From Octopus sinensis (lineage: Eukaryota): DNA of 28,353 nt. A program made the position numbers and the translations under genes. Positions 10,300-22,930 of the stretch are shown here, piece by piece; position 1 is the stretch's first letter; the number at the start of each line of letters is the position of its first letter. Below the pieces are notes generated by a model. It worked only from the letters and a program-made list of their open reading frames with translations, was not told where the DNA came from and did no database searches. Where the stretch lies: contig NW_021827550.1 in assembly GCF_006345805.1 (NCBI RefSeq), positions 1-28,353 on the forward strand, read 5' to 3'.

Positions 10300-11495
10300 A
10301 AGACACCCGACAGAAAAAGGAAAATCGATCCTAATGTCATAAAACAACCATGATTTAATGTTCTGGTTCTCGACACACTCGCTTCTTATCCTGTCTTTCA
10401 CCTCATAAGAATCTGGAATTTTCGACATAATTCTCCCAGACTAAAATTTTACATTGTTCTCGTCGAAGAACGAAACCCCTCCCGGCTATTACTAAACTAC
10501 GTTCTTGATGCCAAACGCTCAACTTCGGTCTTCATTTGACTCAGGGCTTATATCTCAATTAAGGGGATGAGCTGTGGAAAGACGTGACGCCTGAACGATA
10601 CCCTCGCTTGTTCACCGTCGTCATCGTCCGGGAATGTTCACCATTCTGGAGGAATAGCACAAGGTAACGGAAACGTAAGCTGACTGGAAGATAATGAGAG
10701 AGACCTGTCTCTTTGTCAATTCATGAAGCTTCCATTTCCAGATGTCGAAGAAGAGATAACTACTCCGAAATGCATGCATCCATCAGTTTGATTGGGGAAC
10801 GCTGTCAGCTGACTTGGGCTTTCGACACCTTTCCGTCTACAGCGAGAAATTTTCACTATCACAAAATACAGGGAATGGCTTTCTTACCGAAGGTCATTCG
10901 GTTCGAATTTGCCTCAAGCATATTTGAACTAATAAACAAGTTTATATTTGTATATATCACTGCTTAGCGCTTTTAATCTGTAACCCAGACTTGTACCAAA
11001 GTTCTCGTTATCTTCTGGTACTCTTGTAGAATGATGCCAACCAAATCGATTTCCGATGTGTACAGCACTATGAGACTAAGTCGTCCGTATACGCAAGCCT
11101 AACTCTTCTTTGCATCTTAGTTCGAGCGGTTTTCTTTTCAAAATTTCCTCCTCAGCAATGACTTCAGCACCAAAGAGACGAGAGAGGACATCTCCGACGG
11201 ACTGTGCACGTGATGCGAAGCTGTTCCGTTAGATGGCCATTTAGCTGAGCCATTGAACTGATACTGTCATATATTGCAGTGATCCAATTTCCGAAAACAG
11301 TACTGAAATTGACCGTTCTTAAGAAAGTCACCGAATAATGATAACCGACTCTGCTGTATGCTTTAAACTTATCTAAATTCACCGAAAGTGTGGTATCGAT
11401 TCGCTCAATAATGTATCGCCTGATTGTTGTGAATAGCTCTACCGAACATATGTTTGTGAGTGTCCGACTGGACCAATGCCGACAAGCGTCAACTC
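10300..11495 (-). pseudogene. Decayed Tx1/L1-clade LINE reverse transcriptase
   Basis: GRAIHNN, then NLDKFKAYSRVGYHY...FGNWITAIY...LNGHLT...TVRRRCPLS (cf. LDxEKAFDRV...GVRQGCPLS), then AYTDDL (YADD motif) near 11077-11097. Many stops and frameshifts. Left boundary approximate. Confidence 0.85.
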
Positions 11496-11830
11496 TGTCC
11501 TCAGTATAATAATTATAATTATAATTATTATAATTATAATTATTATAATTATAATTTCTAACAAAGTTGCAATTTCACAATTTCGTAGAGTCAAACGTAA
11601 GGAGGGTTGCAATCGATTACATTGGTGGTGGATCGATCATGCTTAACTGATTAATCGATCAGTGCTTAACTGATATTTAATCGATATTCTAATATACTTA
11701 AAACGCATTATCAACAACAAAAAAAAAAGAATTATAAACTACAAACATAAAGGGACCTTACTACACACCGCAAGGTATTTTGTGAGCTCCCCTACTGAAT
11801 CTGCAGGTTCATTTGATAAGGAAAAAAAGG

Positions 11831-12291
11831 GATCTTTTCGGTTTAAACGGCAGTTTTTAAAATAATTTCCACGTAACTAAACACTTTTAAACTTCGTATA
11901 CTTGTACAATGTGTTTATAAAACATTTTTTTCTCTTGGCTTTATTGAGAAAATTCTATAGTTTGTAAGATATTTGTTGTTTTTTTCCTTCAATGTCGGCA
12001 ATTTCAACCAATCAATGACGTCTATTGAGGTGAAAACATTCTGTGCCGTATGAATATGTCCCTCGTTTAAGAAACAGATTGGGTTTATTTACATTTCTGA
12101 AGAAAAAAAAGATACCCTTCCCCGCACCCCTAACCCTAACCCTAACCCTAACCTTAACTAACCCTAATTCACCCTAACTAACTCTAACCCTAAAACAGAT
12201 TGAAATGCAATTGATCGATACTAGGGTTATAATTATGGGTGACAATTTCATGACATCGCTAGAAATAACTGCCGTTCAAACCGAAAAGATC
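11831..12291. mobile_element. MITE with 25-bp TIRs and internal (CCCTAA)n
   Basis: GATCTTTTCGGTTTAAACGGCAGTT ... AACTGCCGTTCAAACCGAAAAGATC (1 mismatch). Telomere-like repeats at 12128-12192. Confidence 0.85.
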
Positions 12292-12848
12292 AAAAAAAAA
12301 AAATAGTGAGGGGGATTATGAGAAAGTTTTACTTAAAGTGAGGAACAATACCCCAAACCAGTAAGGGTCCAACGTGGGAGGATCCATACGGCCAACTGAC
12401 CGGCTAGAAATAGCTGTTAAGTATGCCTGAAGTAACACCTTGCTGTCTTCAAGAAGAACGACACGCTAGATAATGTAGCCTTAGGTATATTGCGTCGGAA
12501 AAAGAAAGCACGGAATGGCGAAAAAGTCCTGCCTCAAAAGGGCTCAGTCGAAGTGAAACGATAGGGGATTGTTTGGTGTAACTGTTGTCATAGAAACAAT
12601 TGGAACTGCTCACTAGAATACATTAGACAAAGAAAAGATTAAAACAAATTAGAACTATTTGTCTCGGGCCGCGTGAAGAATCGCGCAGCAGATATTCTGC
12701 GAGGCAATGGAACGACTCGTCTCTTTGGAACGAGTAAATAACTGCATTTAGATAGATTCAATACACGTTCTCCTGCTTCTACATACTTACATATACACAT
12801 ACATACCTGTATAGAAACAAACATACATATATTAATATATATGATATA

Positions 12849-12882
<34 letters not shown>

Positions 12883-12986
12883 TTATTATTATTATTATTA
12901 TTATTAAAAGTAATTAAGTTAATGTCTGGTCATAGAGTGACCAATGGTTTCACCCCCCCCCCCACACACACATACATATATATATA

Positions 12987-13313
12987 TAGTTAATCCAAAC
13001 ATGAACAAAGAGAAAACACAACAACGCGAGGACGTGGAACAGGCATAGCGGCGAGCTGGCAGAAACGTTAGCACGCCGGGCGAAATGCTTAGCGGTATTT
13101 CGTCTGCGTTACGTTGTGAGTTCAAATCCCGCCGATTTCGACTTTGCCTTTCATCCTTTCGGGGTCGATAAATTAAGTACCAGTTACGCACTGGGGTTGA
13201 TGTAATCGACTTAATACCTATGTCTGTCTTTGTTTGTCCCCTCTGTGTTTAGCCCCTCTTGGGTAATAAAGAAATAGGTATAGTGTTATTTAACGCTCAC
13301 GAAAGGAAAGAAA
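12987..13313 (-). mobile_element. Family C fragment interrupted by a SINE
   Basis: TAGTTAATCCAAACATGAAC...AACGCGAGGACGTGGAAC [SINE] TATAGTGTTATTTAACGCTCACGAAAGGAAAG is colinear with 27252-27345. Confidence 0.8.
13048..13275 (+). mobile_element. SINE family A, full length
   Basis: GCGGCGAGCTGGCAGAAACGTTAGC head, GAGTTCAAATCCC B-box, TAATAAAGAAAT tail. Probable TSD AGGCATAG/AGGTATAG. Confidence 0.9.
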
Positions 13314-13380
13314 TATATATATATATGTATATATATATGCATGTATGCATATGTGTGTGTGTGTGTGTGGTGTGTGTGTG

Positions 13381-13459
<79 letters not shown>

Positions 13460-13610
13460 TGTGGGTGTGCGTATGAACATGAGATCCAGAGATGCTCAAT
13501 ACAGAAAACAAAACTGCGAAATCTTTAACGGGGACTACGTCTGCTGGGTGAAAAATAGCTGTAAGAGGAATCCAGGTAAGCAGGTATGGAGACAATGATG
13601 CAAATAGACT

Positions 13611-13669
<59 letters not shown>

Positions 13670-13983
13670 CATGCAGGAACGCACACGCGCACACACATGC
13701 ATTCACAGTCGGGAAAATATAGAGGCGAAATTTTATTGTTTGTGAGCCGTCAACAACGAAGGCAGCTCCATCGCAACACTGCTTTGCATTAATTTTGGTG
13801 GACAGTTAAAGGGAGATAACTAGTATATTTGCACCGTTCCCCGTGGAACATGGCGAATCATCGGACGGGCCGCACCACTGAAAAATTCAGAGTAATTTTT
13901 CGTTACGTGTGCCATTCACAGTGTCCCACGGCCTCAGTTTGCTCGTGCCTGTGTGTATAATTATATATATGATGTTGTATAAA

Positions 13984-14135
13984 AGCGCGGAAATGGCTGT
14001 ATATAAGAAGTTTGTTCCCCAAGCACATGGTTCAGAGTTCAATCCCGCTGTATGGTACCTTAGTCAAGTGTCTTCTACAGGAGTCTCGGGCCGACCATAT
14101 TCTTCTAAGTGGACGGAAACTGAAAGAAGCCCGTC

Positions 14136-14173
<38 letters not shown>

Positions 14174-14371
14174 TTATTTGTTTGTCCTCCACTATCGCTT
14201 GACAACCTATGTTGGTGTGTTTACGTCCCGGTAACCTAGAGATTCGGCAAAAGGGTCCGATAGAATAAGTACAAGTTTAAAAAAAATAACTCTAGAGTCG
14301 ATTCTTTCGACTAAAACACTTCAAAGTGGTGCCCCAGCATGGCCGCAGTCTAATGACTGAAACAAGTAAAA
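13984..14371 (+). mobile_element. SINE family B, full length
   Basis: Colinear with the reverse complement of 7601-8004. Ends ATGACTGAAACAAGTAAAA. Confidence 0.85.
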
Positions 14372-14416
14372 ACCTATACATTATACAATATATCATAGTG
14401 TGTGTGTGTGTGTGTG

Positions 14417-14746
14417 TAAAACTTAACTGGTCCTCCGTTGGTTACGACGACGATCATAGTGTGTGTGTGTGTGTAAAACTTAACTGGTCCTCCGTTGGTT
14501 ACGACGACGAGTGTTCCAGTTGATCCAATCAACGGAACAGCCTTCTCATGAAATTAACGTACAAGTGACTGAGCACTCCTCAGACAAACGTACCCTTAAC
14601 ATAAGTCTCGGGGAGATTCAGCGTGACACAGCGTGTGACAAGACCGGCCCTTTTGAATTACAGGTAGAAGGAACTTTTGCCAGCAGAGCGGACAGAAGCA
14701 ACGTGAAATAGAGTCTTGCTCAAGGACACAACAGGGAAATCGAACT
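14417..14746 (-). mobile_element. Third SINE family (Meta/CORE-like head)
   Basis: Minus strand GTTCGATTTCCCTGTTGTGTCCTTGAGCAAGAC: B-box followed by the TGTGTCCTTGRGCAAG segment typical of Meta/CORE-type SINEs. Confidence 0.65.
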
Positions 14747-14982
14747 TCACTACACACAGACACACACACACACATTGATGAATATAAATAATCATTGTTT
14801 TTTAACCATGTATGACCTACCCTTCTTTAAAACAATGGTGAGCACATTGATATTTCATTCGACCTCGTCAGGACAAAATGTTTACTATTAAACGTTAAGT
14901 GTTTCCCATAAAAATGTGTATTCTTATTATTTTATTGCGTTTAACTGAATCAAGCTGAAGTCTCGTTTTGGCTTCATCTATT

Positions 14983-15175
14983 GTTTCTGTTATTGGACTA
15001 CGGCCATGCTGGGGCATCGCCTTGGACGAGTTTAGTCGAATAATATAGCCCTGTACTCGTTTGACAATTGGTACTTATTCTATCGGTGTCTTTTGCCGAA
15101 CTACTAAGTTACAGGGACGTAAACAAACAAACCAGCACCGGTTATCAAGCAGTGACAGCAGACAAATGCAAATAC
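14983..15175 (-). mobile_element. SINE family B, 3' half
   Basis: CGGCCATGCTGGGGCATCGCC...GTACTTATTCTATCGG...GGGACGTAAAC matches 7635-7800. Confidence 0.8.
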
Positions 15176-15192
15176 ACACACATACACACACA

Positions 15193-15236
<44 letters not shown>

Positions 15237-16002
15237 TACATATATACATCAAAAATGGAGTCGACGGTCCTTCCCAAACCATCGGTTTATAAAGCCGGTT
15301 TTCCGGATTCTAGGGTGTATATATTTCCCCCACCATATACGGGTCGCTTATCTTGCCAGAAATAGCAGCTTATTCCTATAAATCAAACTCTACTGCCTTA
15401 CAAAAAGAAGGACGAATTGACAAAGAAGATGGTATGGTCAGGAATGGTATACTATTGACCGTAGATCTACTCACTAAGAACTGAACTGGAGATTAAACAA
15501 CTGCGTTCGTGCCAGCGAGGCAGCTTCTGCGTGGCTGCATACCTTGTTAGAAATAGCACTCAAATTTCCTACTCATCACGTACGATAACATTATAATACA
15601 AAGATACATTGAATAATATAGATACAGGTGCACGATGTCTTAAAATATGACTGACGCGTCATTGTTTCATCTTTCGTAATATATATGTTAGATGAGGGCC
15701 AAATTAGGGCTTAAGAATCATTCAATAATGTAACCCATTCTGAGGAAAGACACACTTCTGATTTTACCAACCATTGAATAATCGTCTTCACTAGTAAAAT
15801 CTCTTAAGAGATAGTAACAGGAAACATTTATTTGTCTGAATCTCCTCCTCCTCCTCCTCCTCCGTGACTACAAGCATGTTTTCAGTAGAGCTGCTTCTAT
15901 TAAACACTTCATATTGTCCATTAGATACATCCTACATACCGTCCTAACACCACACCACACACTTCATCAACAGCGATTTAAGAAGCATCTTTCAACTGAT
16001 TA

Positions 16003-16430
16003 TACATGTAGCCTCGTTTATCACCCATTTATTCATCACCGATCTGGGATAACACAGTATAATCAATTGTGAACTATGTTTCGCTTATCACGGATTAATC
16101 TCCGCTATCAGTCGAAGATTCTGTTTGTACCGTAGAGTCGTGCCCCAGCGACCCCCCACAATGCTCAGCTACCCGGAATGCACTGACTATCGCTTGTGTT
16201 TACCTGAATCTCCCGCGAGGCTACGTAGTTTTGATACGAATTTACGTATTCATCATCTTGGGGCCAGGGAGCAGAAAAAATTCAAAAACGCTTCATCTTA
16301 ACAAACGACGGAGATGAGTTTATTCTCTACAAGAAAAGGTAGAGAAGATCAAGGAAATACATGACTCTGGAAGCCTTACTGCCGTAGGCCGCGACCTTGG
16401 TGTCAATGAATCTACCAATCAGTCTACCGT
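16003..16430 (+). pseudogene. Tigger/pogo-like DNA transposon 5' fragment (N-terminal HTH)
   Basis: 16303-16416 translates KRRR*VYSLQEKVEKIKEIHDSGSLTAVGRDLGVNEST (CENP-B/Tigger HTH-like). TIR-like TACATGTAGCCTCGTTTATCAC near 16002. Confidence 0.7.
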
Positions 16431-17234
16431 GTGTGGAAATGGTAAAATGGTTCGTTTATCAGTTTTCGATTGTTGTATTTTTTTCTTCCTTTTTTTAGTG
16501 TGGCTGACGCTCCATCTCGGACAAACGAGGATAAATAACAGATTCAGTCAATTTTTTTTTACTTCATGGCACAAAAGAGATCAATTTACTTCTGGTGCGT
16601 TTCGCATGGGAACTTTCAAAAAAGATTGTTTTAAAGTTTTGTGTCTCTCGTGAATAACATAAATAGATCCGACAAATTCTTTGCAAACGTCACGCTTCAC
16701 AATACCAGAAGGTCTTACATTGTAATGTCACTAGTGTATAGCAATGCCAAATAAAAATGCATCCCAAACACTCCGATTTCCTTTTCAAGGCTCCAGAAAT
16801 ATGTCAGCCCTGATTTAATATCGACAACCCATAAAACCGAAATTAACCATTAGAGTACTGATCACATTGGACATTGATTTCATCGAATATGTCTCTTTAC
16901 ATACGAAACGTGACCCAGTGTTTATATAAGAAATCAATGAGAACGTGTTTGATGTTCTTCGTATTTCAATCACGCTTCGACTTTAGGTTCAACTCTCAAT
17001 CAATATTTGCGATAATTATCAGTTTACTGTAAATCATTAGAATATCAGAATTGGTACAGCTCTATTGGACGTTGACTAGTGTTGAATTTTACTCTTCGAG
17101 TTATTCAGTTCAAATCCTACAAGAGTGATTTAACCTCTTAGAACTCCGAGGTCAGATTCTGATAAGGAGAAAGCATGAAGAGGATATTTTATTTATTACT
17201 TGAGACATGAACGAACTAAACTTTATTTGCATGT

Positions 17235-17437
17235 GCGTTCTCTTCTCTTTTTAATCAATTAAGTTCTTTCTCTGAACAAAGAGCTGCTTTCTAATAAAAA
17301 TACAAGACTCCATCGTTGGAATGGAGATAACGAAAGCAATGTCACATTTTAAACTTGAGAAAAGTCTTGCATATTTTTGCTGTTCCGCTCACAGATTGTA
17401 TTTGTAAGGTGAGGGTCAATTGGTGGATTTCTTGTTC
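17235..17437 (+). repeat. Repeat family E copy
   Basis: Colinear with 1870-2075. Confidence 0.8.
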
Positions 17438-18110
17438 AGTAGTTGTTGTTGTCGAAAGAATGGGGTACCAGAAGAAACTTCTTTTGGTCGCCTGAAAAAG
17501 CCTATTGCGTTATTGTCATTATGCTGTTGTGTATCTCCATGTCAGCTCCTATGATTGAAGGCATTCCAGCCGTGACCATCGCTTTCTCTCGTCGTTTTCT
17601 ACGTATGAAGGTCCGACAGACAATTTTATATCTGTAAGCCTACTCACACTGATGATTTGTTTTCAGTAGTGAAGGTTTGTGTAGGACTAACCACACTTTT
17701 TGGAAATTCTGACAGTAGAAAGTTTGTGTAAATCTTTGCCTCAAACTCGATGAATAACATAATTCAAGCTTTTCTTTTCGAGCTCTCCATCTCCCGGGTT
17801 AGTTGCCTTCACAACTTAAAGCCCACCCTGCTAGGATAAATGCACACCTGAGTACCTCACCACTAGTTTCTAAGGCCTCGTGCATCTGTATGTGTGTGTG
17901 TGTCTGTCTGCCTGACTAACTGACAGACACACACACACAAACACACACACATACACACACACACACATATAAATTAATAAAAAAACAGCTAGGTGCAATG
18001 TAACTAAGGGTGCCGAAGCACCTACATTGCTAGAAATAAGAGTTAAATAAACTCTTAACTCTGTAAAAAGAGCGCAAGATATACATATACTGATAGGGGA
18101 GGTAACCTCC

Positions 18111-18198
18111 CCATGACCGTCTCTAGAATCACCAGACTAGATCTAGTTTCGCCTATTCTTTTGGCATCGTCAGGAGTGACTGCTCAGACGGCCGATGG
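18111..18198 (-). ncRNA. Type I hammerhead ribozyme with extended stem I
   Basis: Minus strand: ccat-cggccgtct..gtcactc CTGACGA t gcc-aaaagaata-ggc GAA ACTAGATCTAGT C tggtgat..agacggtc-atgg. Intact core with GUC site. Confidence 0.8.
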
Positions 18199-18324
18199 TC
18201 GGTTAATTCTAGCAGCATTTATTTACCATAAAAAATTATGGATGATTTAGCGAAATGCTAACGCGTATTATAAGAATTAATATAAACAGCTAGGCGTAAT
18301 GTAATACTATAAAGGAAAACTTAA

Positions 18325-18443
18325 ATCGTTGCTAAGTGTAACTATGGGTGCCGAAGCTCCTACATTGTTAGAAATAAGAGTTTTAAAAAACACTCTTAGC
18401 AATGTAGGTGCTTCGCCACCCTTAGTCACACTTAGTGACGATA
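18325..18443. repeat. Imperfect inverted repeat whose left arm is also directly repeated at ~17998-18050
   Basis: ATCGTTGCTAAGTGTAACTATGGGTGCCGAAGCTCCTACATTG ... CAATGTAGGTGCTTCGCCACCCTTAGTCACACTTAGTGACGAT. Confidence 0.85.
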
Positions 18444-18489
18444 AAATTTTTCATATACATACATACATATATATACATATATATATACA

Positions 18490-18568
<79 letters not shown>

Positions 18569-18810
18569 ATTATATATATATATATATGCTTTTTAAAGCA
18601 AGGACGCTGGATAGTGAGAAAATAAGAAAAAAGTGGAAATAACGTGAAGAAGGTTGGTACAAAAAATGGAACGAGAAGAAAGAGACGAAACCAAGAAAAC
18701 TAAAATCCCCGTCCTCCCTGATTGCAGAAACCACAATACAGTAGGTATAGATCAAAATAACAGAAAATCTGCCAAAGTCTGCGAAACACCAACTAAATTT
18801 GACAATTCTT

Positions 18811-19400
18811 CTAATTCGCCAAAAGAAACTTGTCTATATGTCTACACCTGCTAAAAATTTCAGATCTGGAATTAAGCAGTGTTGGAATTGTTGGATCTAA
18901 GAAGAATATAAAATCTCTCTGCTACGCATAAATTGCATTTCTTCGATCCTTTAACATATGACTGGGACTTCTCCACGATTCTCCACGATTCTCCACTTGA
19001 TTGTATGTGGTGTGGAGCTGATCATCAACTTCGTTGCGTTACTTTTGTTGATGTGGTGGAAAGAATATAAATGGTTTGCATAACGCTTTTTTAATTCGCC
19101 TTCACATAACTCGATGTAATGCTTCTTTTCAGTTGATTTATCTTGAAGCGTTGCTTTGACTTCTGCCTCGAATATGTCGGAGTTTATCATACACGTCTGG
19201 ACAAGTGGACAAGTTACAATAGAAAGTGGTGATTTTTACGATTCAAGATCCTGAAGCATAAACAAAACCTAAAAGATTGTTTGGAGATACATGGCACATT
19301 TTATAAATATGCCTAAAGTATCATACAAGCATGAAACTATTAGTAGTTTTTTTCAGTTATGTATTAAATTGATATTTCTCAATGGATGCGGTGCTTTTTT
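18811..19400 (-). pseudogene. Penelope-like element GIY-YIG endonuclease remnant
   Basis: CPLVQTCM..IFEAEV..KHYIELCEGELKKRYANHLYSF..NATKL..IKWRIV / GSKKCNLCVAERFYIL / LLNSRSEIFSRCRHIDKFLLAN*, the typical Penelope C-terminus. Frameshifted. Confidence 0.88.
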
Positions 19401-19807
19401 GTTGATTTTACCTATACAGGATGTGTGTGTGTATTATATTTCATAATCCTGACAGAAGCACATCATTATCGTTGATGCAATTCACACACACACACATACA
19501 TACACACACACACGCACGCACGCACACACACACACACACACACACACGCGCGCCGCGCGCGCGCGCGAGCGCACAAATCTATATGGGGATGGGGTATATT
19601 GTATTTCCATTCCGCACTATAGATTGTTCCGCTCTCGGTCGGCTCTTGTAGCGTGGAGAAATGGTCGTAGAGAGTGGACCAAGAGAGCTTAATCACGGTG
19701 CAAAGTTACCAGTAGCGAAAGAAGGTAAGGAAGAAAGTATGGGGAGAGAGGGGGAGAAGAGAAAACTAGATTCCAGTACTGGTATTTTATTTTTCAAAAC
19801 ACACACA

Positions 19808-19850
<43 letters not shown>

Positions 19851-20071
19851 AATAAATCGCAAGGTGGACATCAATGAGATATGAACTTGGAGCAGAGAGA
19901 GAACAAATATGATACGGCTTCTTGGCAGACATTCTAAGGTTTCTATCAATTTATTATATATATATGGGGAGGGTGGATGTATGAGTGGGTGTTGTGGGCG
20001 GTTGCATATGTATATGTATGTATGTATGTATTGTGTGTGCATATATGTATGTATGTATCTATCAGTCTATT

Positions 20072-20164
<93 letters not shown>

Positions 20165-20177
20165 GGATGGATGGATG

Positions 20178-20248
<71 letters not shown>

Positions 20249-20318
20249 GGATGGATGGATGGATAGATAGATAGATAGATAGATAGAATAGATCGATAGA
20301 TAGAAGATAGATAGATAG

Positions 20319-20378
<60 letters not shown>
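20072..20378. repeat. (GATA)n/(GATG)n microsatellite
   Basis: Seen directly. Confidence 0.95.
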
Positions 20379-20889
20379 CTAGTAGTACTAGCATTTACCA
20401 ATTTTCTGGGCCTGGGAATCCAAGACAACAAAAATATGAACTGTATTTAATTTAGATTTAGATTAACGATGTTTTGGCGTCTTCTATTTATTTGTAATCT
20501 AGAGAACGATTGGTAGGAAAAGCTTAATGGCTCGAGTTTCAGAAACGTATATAGATTTTCAGACAGAGATCATTAGATCTTCTTCGCAATGCAGTACGCT
20601 ACTCAAAATAATATTTTGGGAAAGGTAAAATCTGTTCGGTTCCCAGCCGATATATCCAAGTCAATTGAAACGTTTCGATGAGCGTCGGTCGGCTGTTTTC
20701 TTCAATTTTTCTTTTTTTGTCAATTCTTCTTATTTTTATTTTTAAACAATGAATGATACATTGGATTAGAGAGAATTATGGGATTTATTGTCATACAAAA
20801 GTATTGTTCGGAAAGAAAAGAAAGATTGAAATGAAGTATACCTGAGATTTTAAGAAAATTTTTCACGAATAAGAAAGTAATCGATATTT

Positions 20890-20933
<44 letters not shown>

Positions 20934-20937
20934 TCCT

Positions 20938-20973
<36 letters not shown>

Positions 20974-21122
20974 ATGTTTTGGAGGGAAAACGAAAAGGGA
21001 AGGAAAATTTGCAGTGTCAGTTTCCACTTAAACATATCTGATTATTGTGGCTCAGTCTGTACCTGTTCACGCATGCGCACATACTTGCACACACATACAC
21101 ACACACATACACGCTCACGTAA

Positions 21123-21160
<38 letters not shown>

Positions 21161-21165
21161 ATATA

Positions 21166-21393
21166 CAGTAATCCCTCGACTATCGCGAGTGTTAAGCGAC
21201 AGAACCCTCTCCCCCGTGATAAGTGAAAATCCACGAAATAGAAACAGTTCTGTACTGTATATGTTTTAAAATTATTTTTATAATTTGTATATATTTATTT
21301 TATTATAAATGCAAAACAGCACCGCGGAGGAACCGACGTAAGATTCAATAATAAACCGCGATGGGCGAACCGCGATAAGGCGAGGGATTACTG
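21166..21393. mobile_element. Tigger/pogo-type MITE with TA target duplication
   Basis: TA|CAGTAATCCCTCGACTATCGCG ... CGCGATAAGGCGAGGGATTACTG|TA. Confidence 0.9.
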
Positions 21394-21494
21394 TATACGC
21401 ACACACACACACACACAACACATACACATACAAATATATATATATATACAGGCATATTTATATTTATATCAATCTAATCAAGTATATATATATA

Positions 21495-21622
21495 TATGTT
21501 CTCTTCTGGTTTTAATTATTTATATTCTTCCTTTGAGGAAAGAGCTTGTTTCTAACACAAAGCTCCGTCGCTGGAATGTAGATAACCTTTTAAATTTAGG
21601 AAAAGTCCTGCATATTTCTAAT
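21495..21622 (+). repeat. Repeat family E copy (internally deleted)
   Basis: ATTCTTCCTTTGAGGAAAGAGCTTGTTTCTAAC...CTCCGTCGCTGGAATG...GAAAAGTCCTGCATATTT. Confidence 0.75.
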
Positions 21623-22581
21623 GTATGTATGTAAGTACTACGTATGCGTGTATACATGTATACATCAATGCTGCAATTAATGGAATTTATACCTAGCCAT
21701 CCCTTTGCTTTTTAAATTTGCGATTAAAATCTTTGTTATCAGAGAAAAGCAGAGCAGTTTTTATACAAATAGAAATTAGTGAAATATACTCTTTTTTAAA
21801 AATACTGTAGGTATAGAGAAAAATTTCTTAAACAATATTTGAATCATTTTCTGGAAGTCGCTATCAGAACAAAACATTTATGCTTCTTTTAACCCCTTAA
21901 AAACTTCAGCTAAGAATAAATCTTGGCTGTAAGTTGCACCAACTTCTTCAAAAGCCACTTCTTACTCGATTTGACCAAGGCTATTTGCTGATTGAGCATG
22001 ATTTCCCTCTATCCTATGATTATATTTAACAATATCAGGTCAGCATTGTTCCAAATTCGAAAGAGAAATAAATTACATATTTGACTTCTCTCCATTATTT
22101 GTATTGCTTTCTCCTAGATTCTTTGACACACTTATGTTTATCACCGACCGTTCTAATTAATTGATCTTATACTTTGAAAACGGAAAGAGCTCCATAGAAA
22201 GAAAACGATTTCAAAAAGGTTTAATTGTTTGGTTTAAAGGATGACCGGAAGTCATGTCTAAAAACGGAAATGCTTGTACTCAGAATTATTCTCCTCAAAA
22301 TACTTTGTAAAGTTCAAGAAATTGTCTAGTTTCGATAATTTTCGAAGAAAAGTTAGAGCGGGGCGTAAGTATTCAATGATTTATAGAAAACTTATCCCAT
22401 GTTAATCAAAGTTTTCTGTCAGATTTAACATATAAGAGTTAAATTTAAATTTGAAAACGCCTTTCATCGTCGTTGGCGTATCAGAACGTGAACCATCCAA
22501 TGGCTTAAGTTTCAAGTGTCCAGAAATGAGACGATATTTTATATCCTGCTTTATATAAGGAGTACCGAAAAGTAATGCATC

Positions 22582-22782
22582 CTTCAAAACTTCCATGCTT
22601 CCTGAGATTCGCCAACACTACACTTGATTTTCTCCCCTCCATACACACACAAGCATGTATCTGACTCATACATTGTTCGCTTTCCAGACATTTCTACATT
22701 ACTGCATGTACTTTATATGCACTTTCTGACAAGCTGTGGTGCACCCGAGCACTGTATACAATAATTTCATTATTATTATTAT
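22582..22782 (+). mobile_element. 5'-truncated LINE 3' end with (ATT)n tail, nested in mariner
   Basis: Ends GTGGTGCACCCGAGCACTGTATACAATAATTTC(ATT)n. Lies between the left TIR and the transposase. Clade not determined. Confidence 0.5.
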
Positions 22783-22930
22783 ATTTAAGTAAACAATCCG
22801 ACATCATAACACAAATAGTTTACAAGCCAATCAAAGGTGTCCTTATAATCAACCAATCAGCATAGAGTTTATAACCAAACGTCAATGTAGACACATGCTG
22901 TGTGTGTATATGTTTTATATGAAACTGGCC

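Noticed and set aside
10069-10353. 94-aa ORF with acidic stretch
   Set aside because: No ATG start and no recognisable domain. Adjacent and antisense to the decayed LINE.
13505-13580. Cys-containing segment ending CAG|GTAAGC
   Set aside because: Poor acceptor, and it resembles the recurrent repeat motif.
20644-20694. CAGCCGA...TCGGCTG hairpin containing GAAACGTTTC
   Set aside because: No CTGANGA on either strand, so not a hammerhead.
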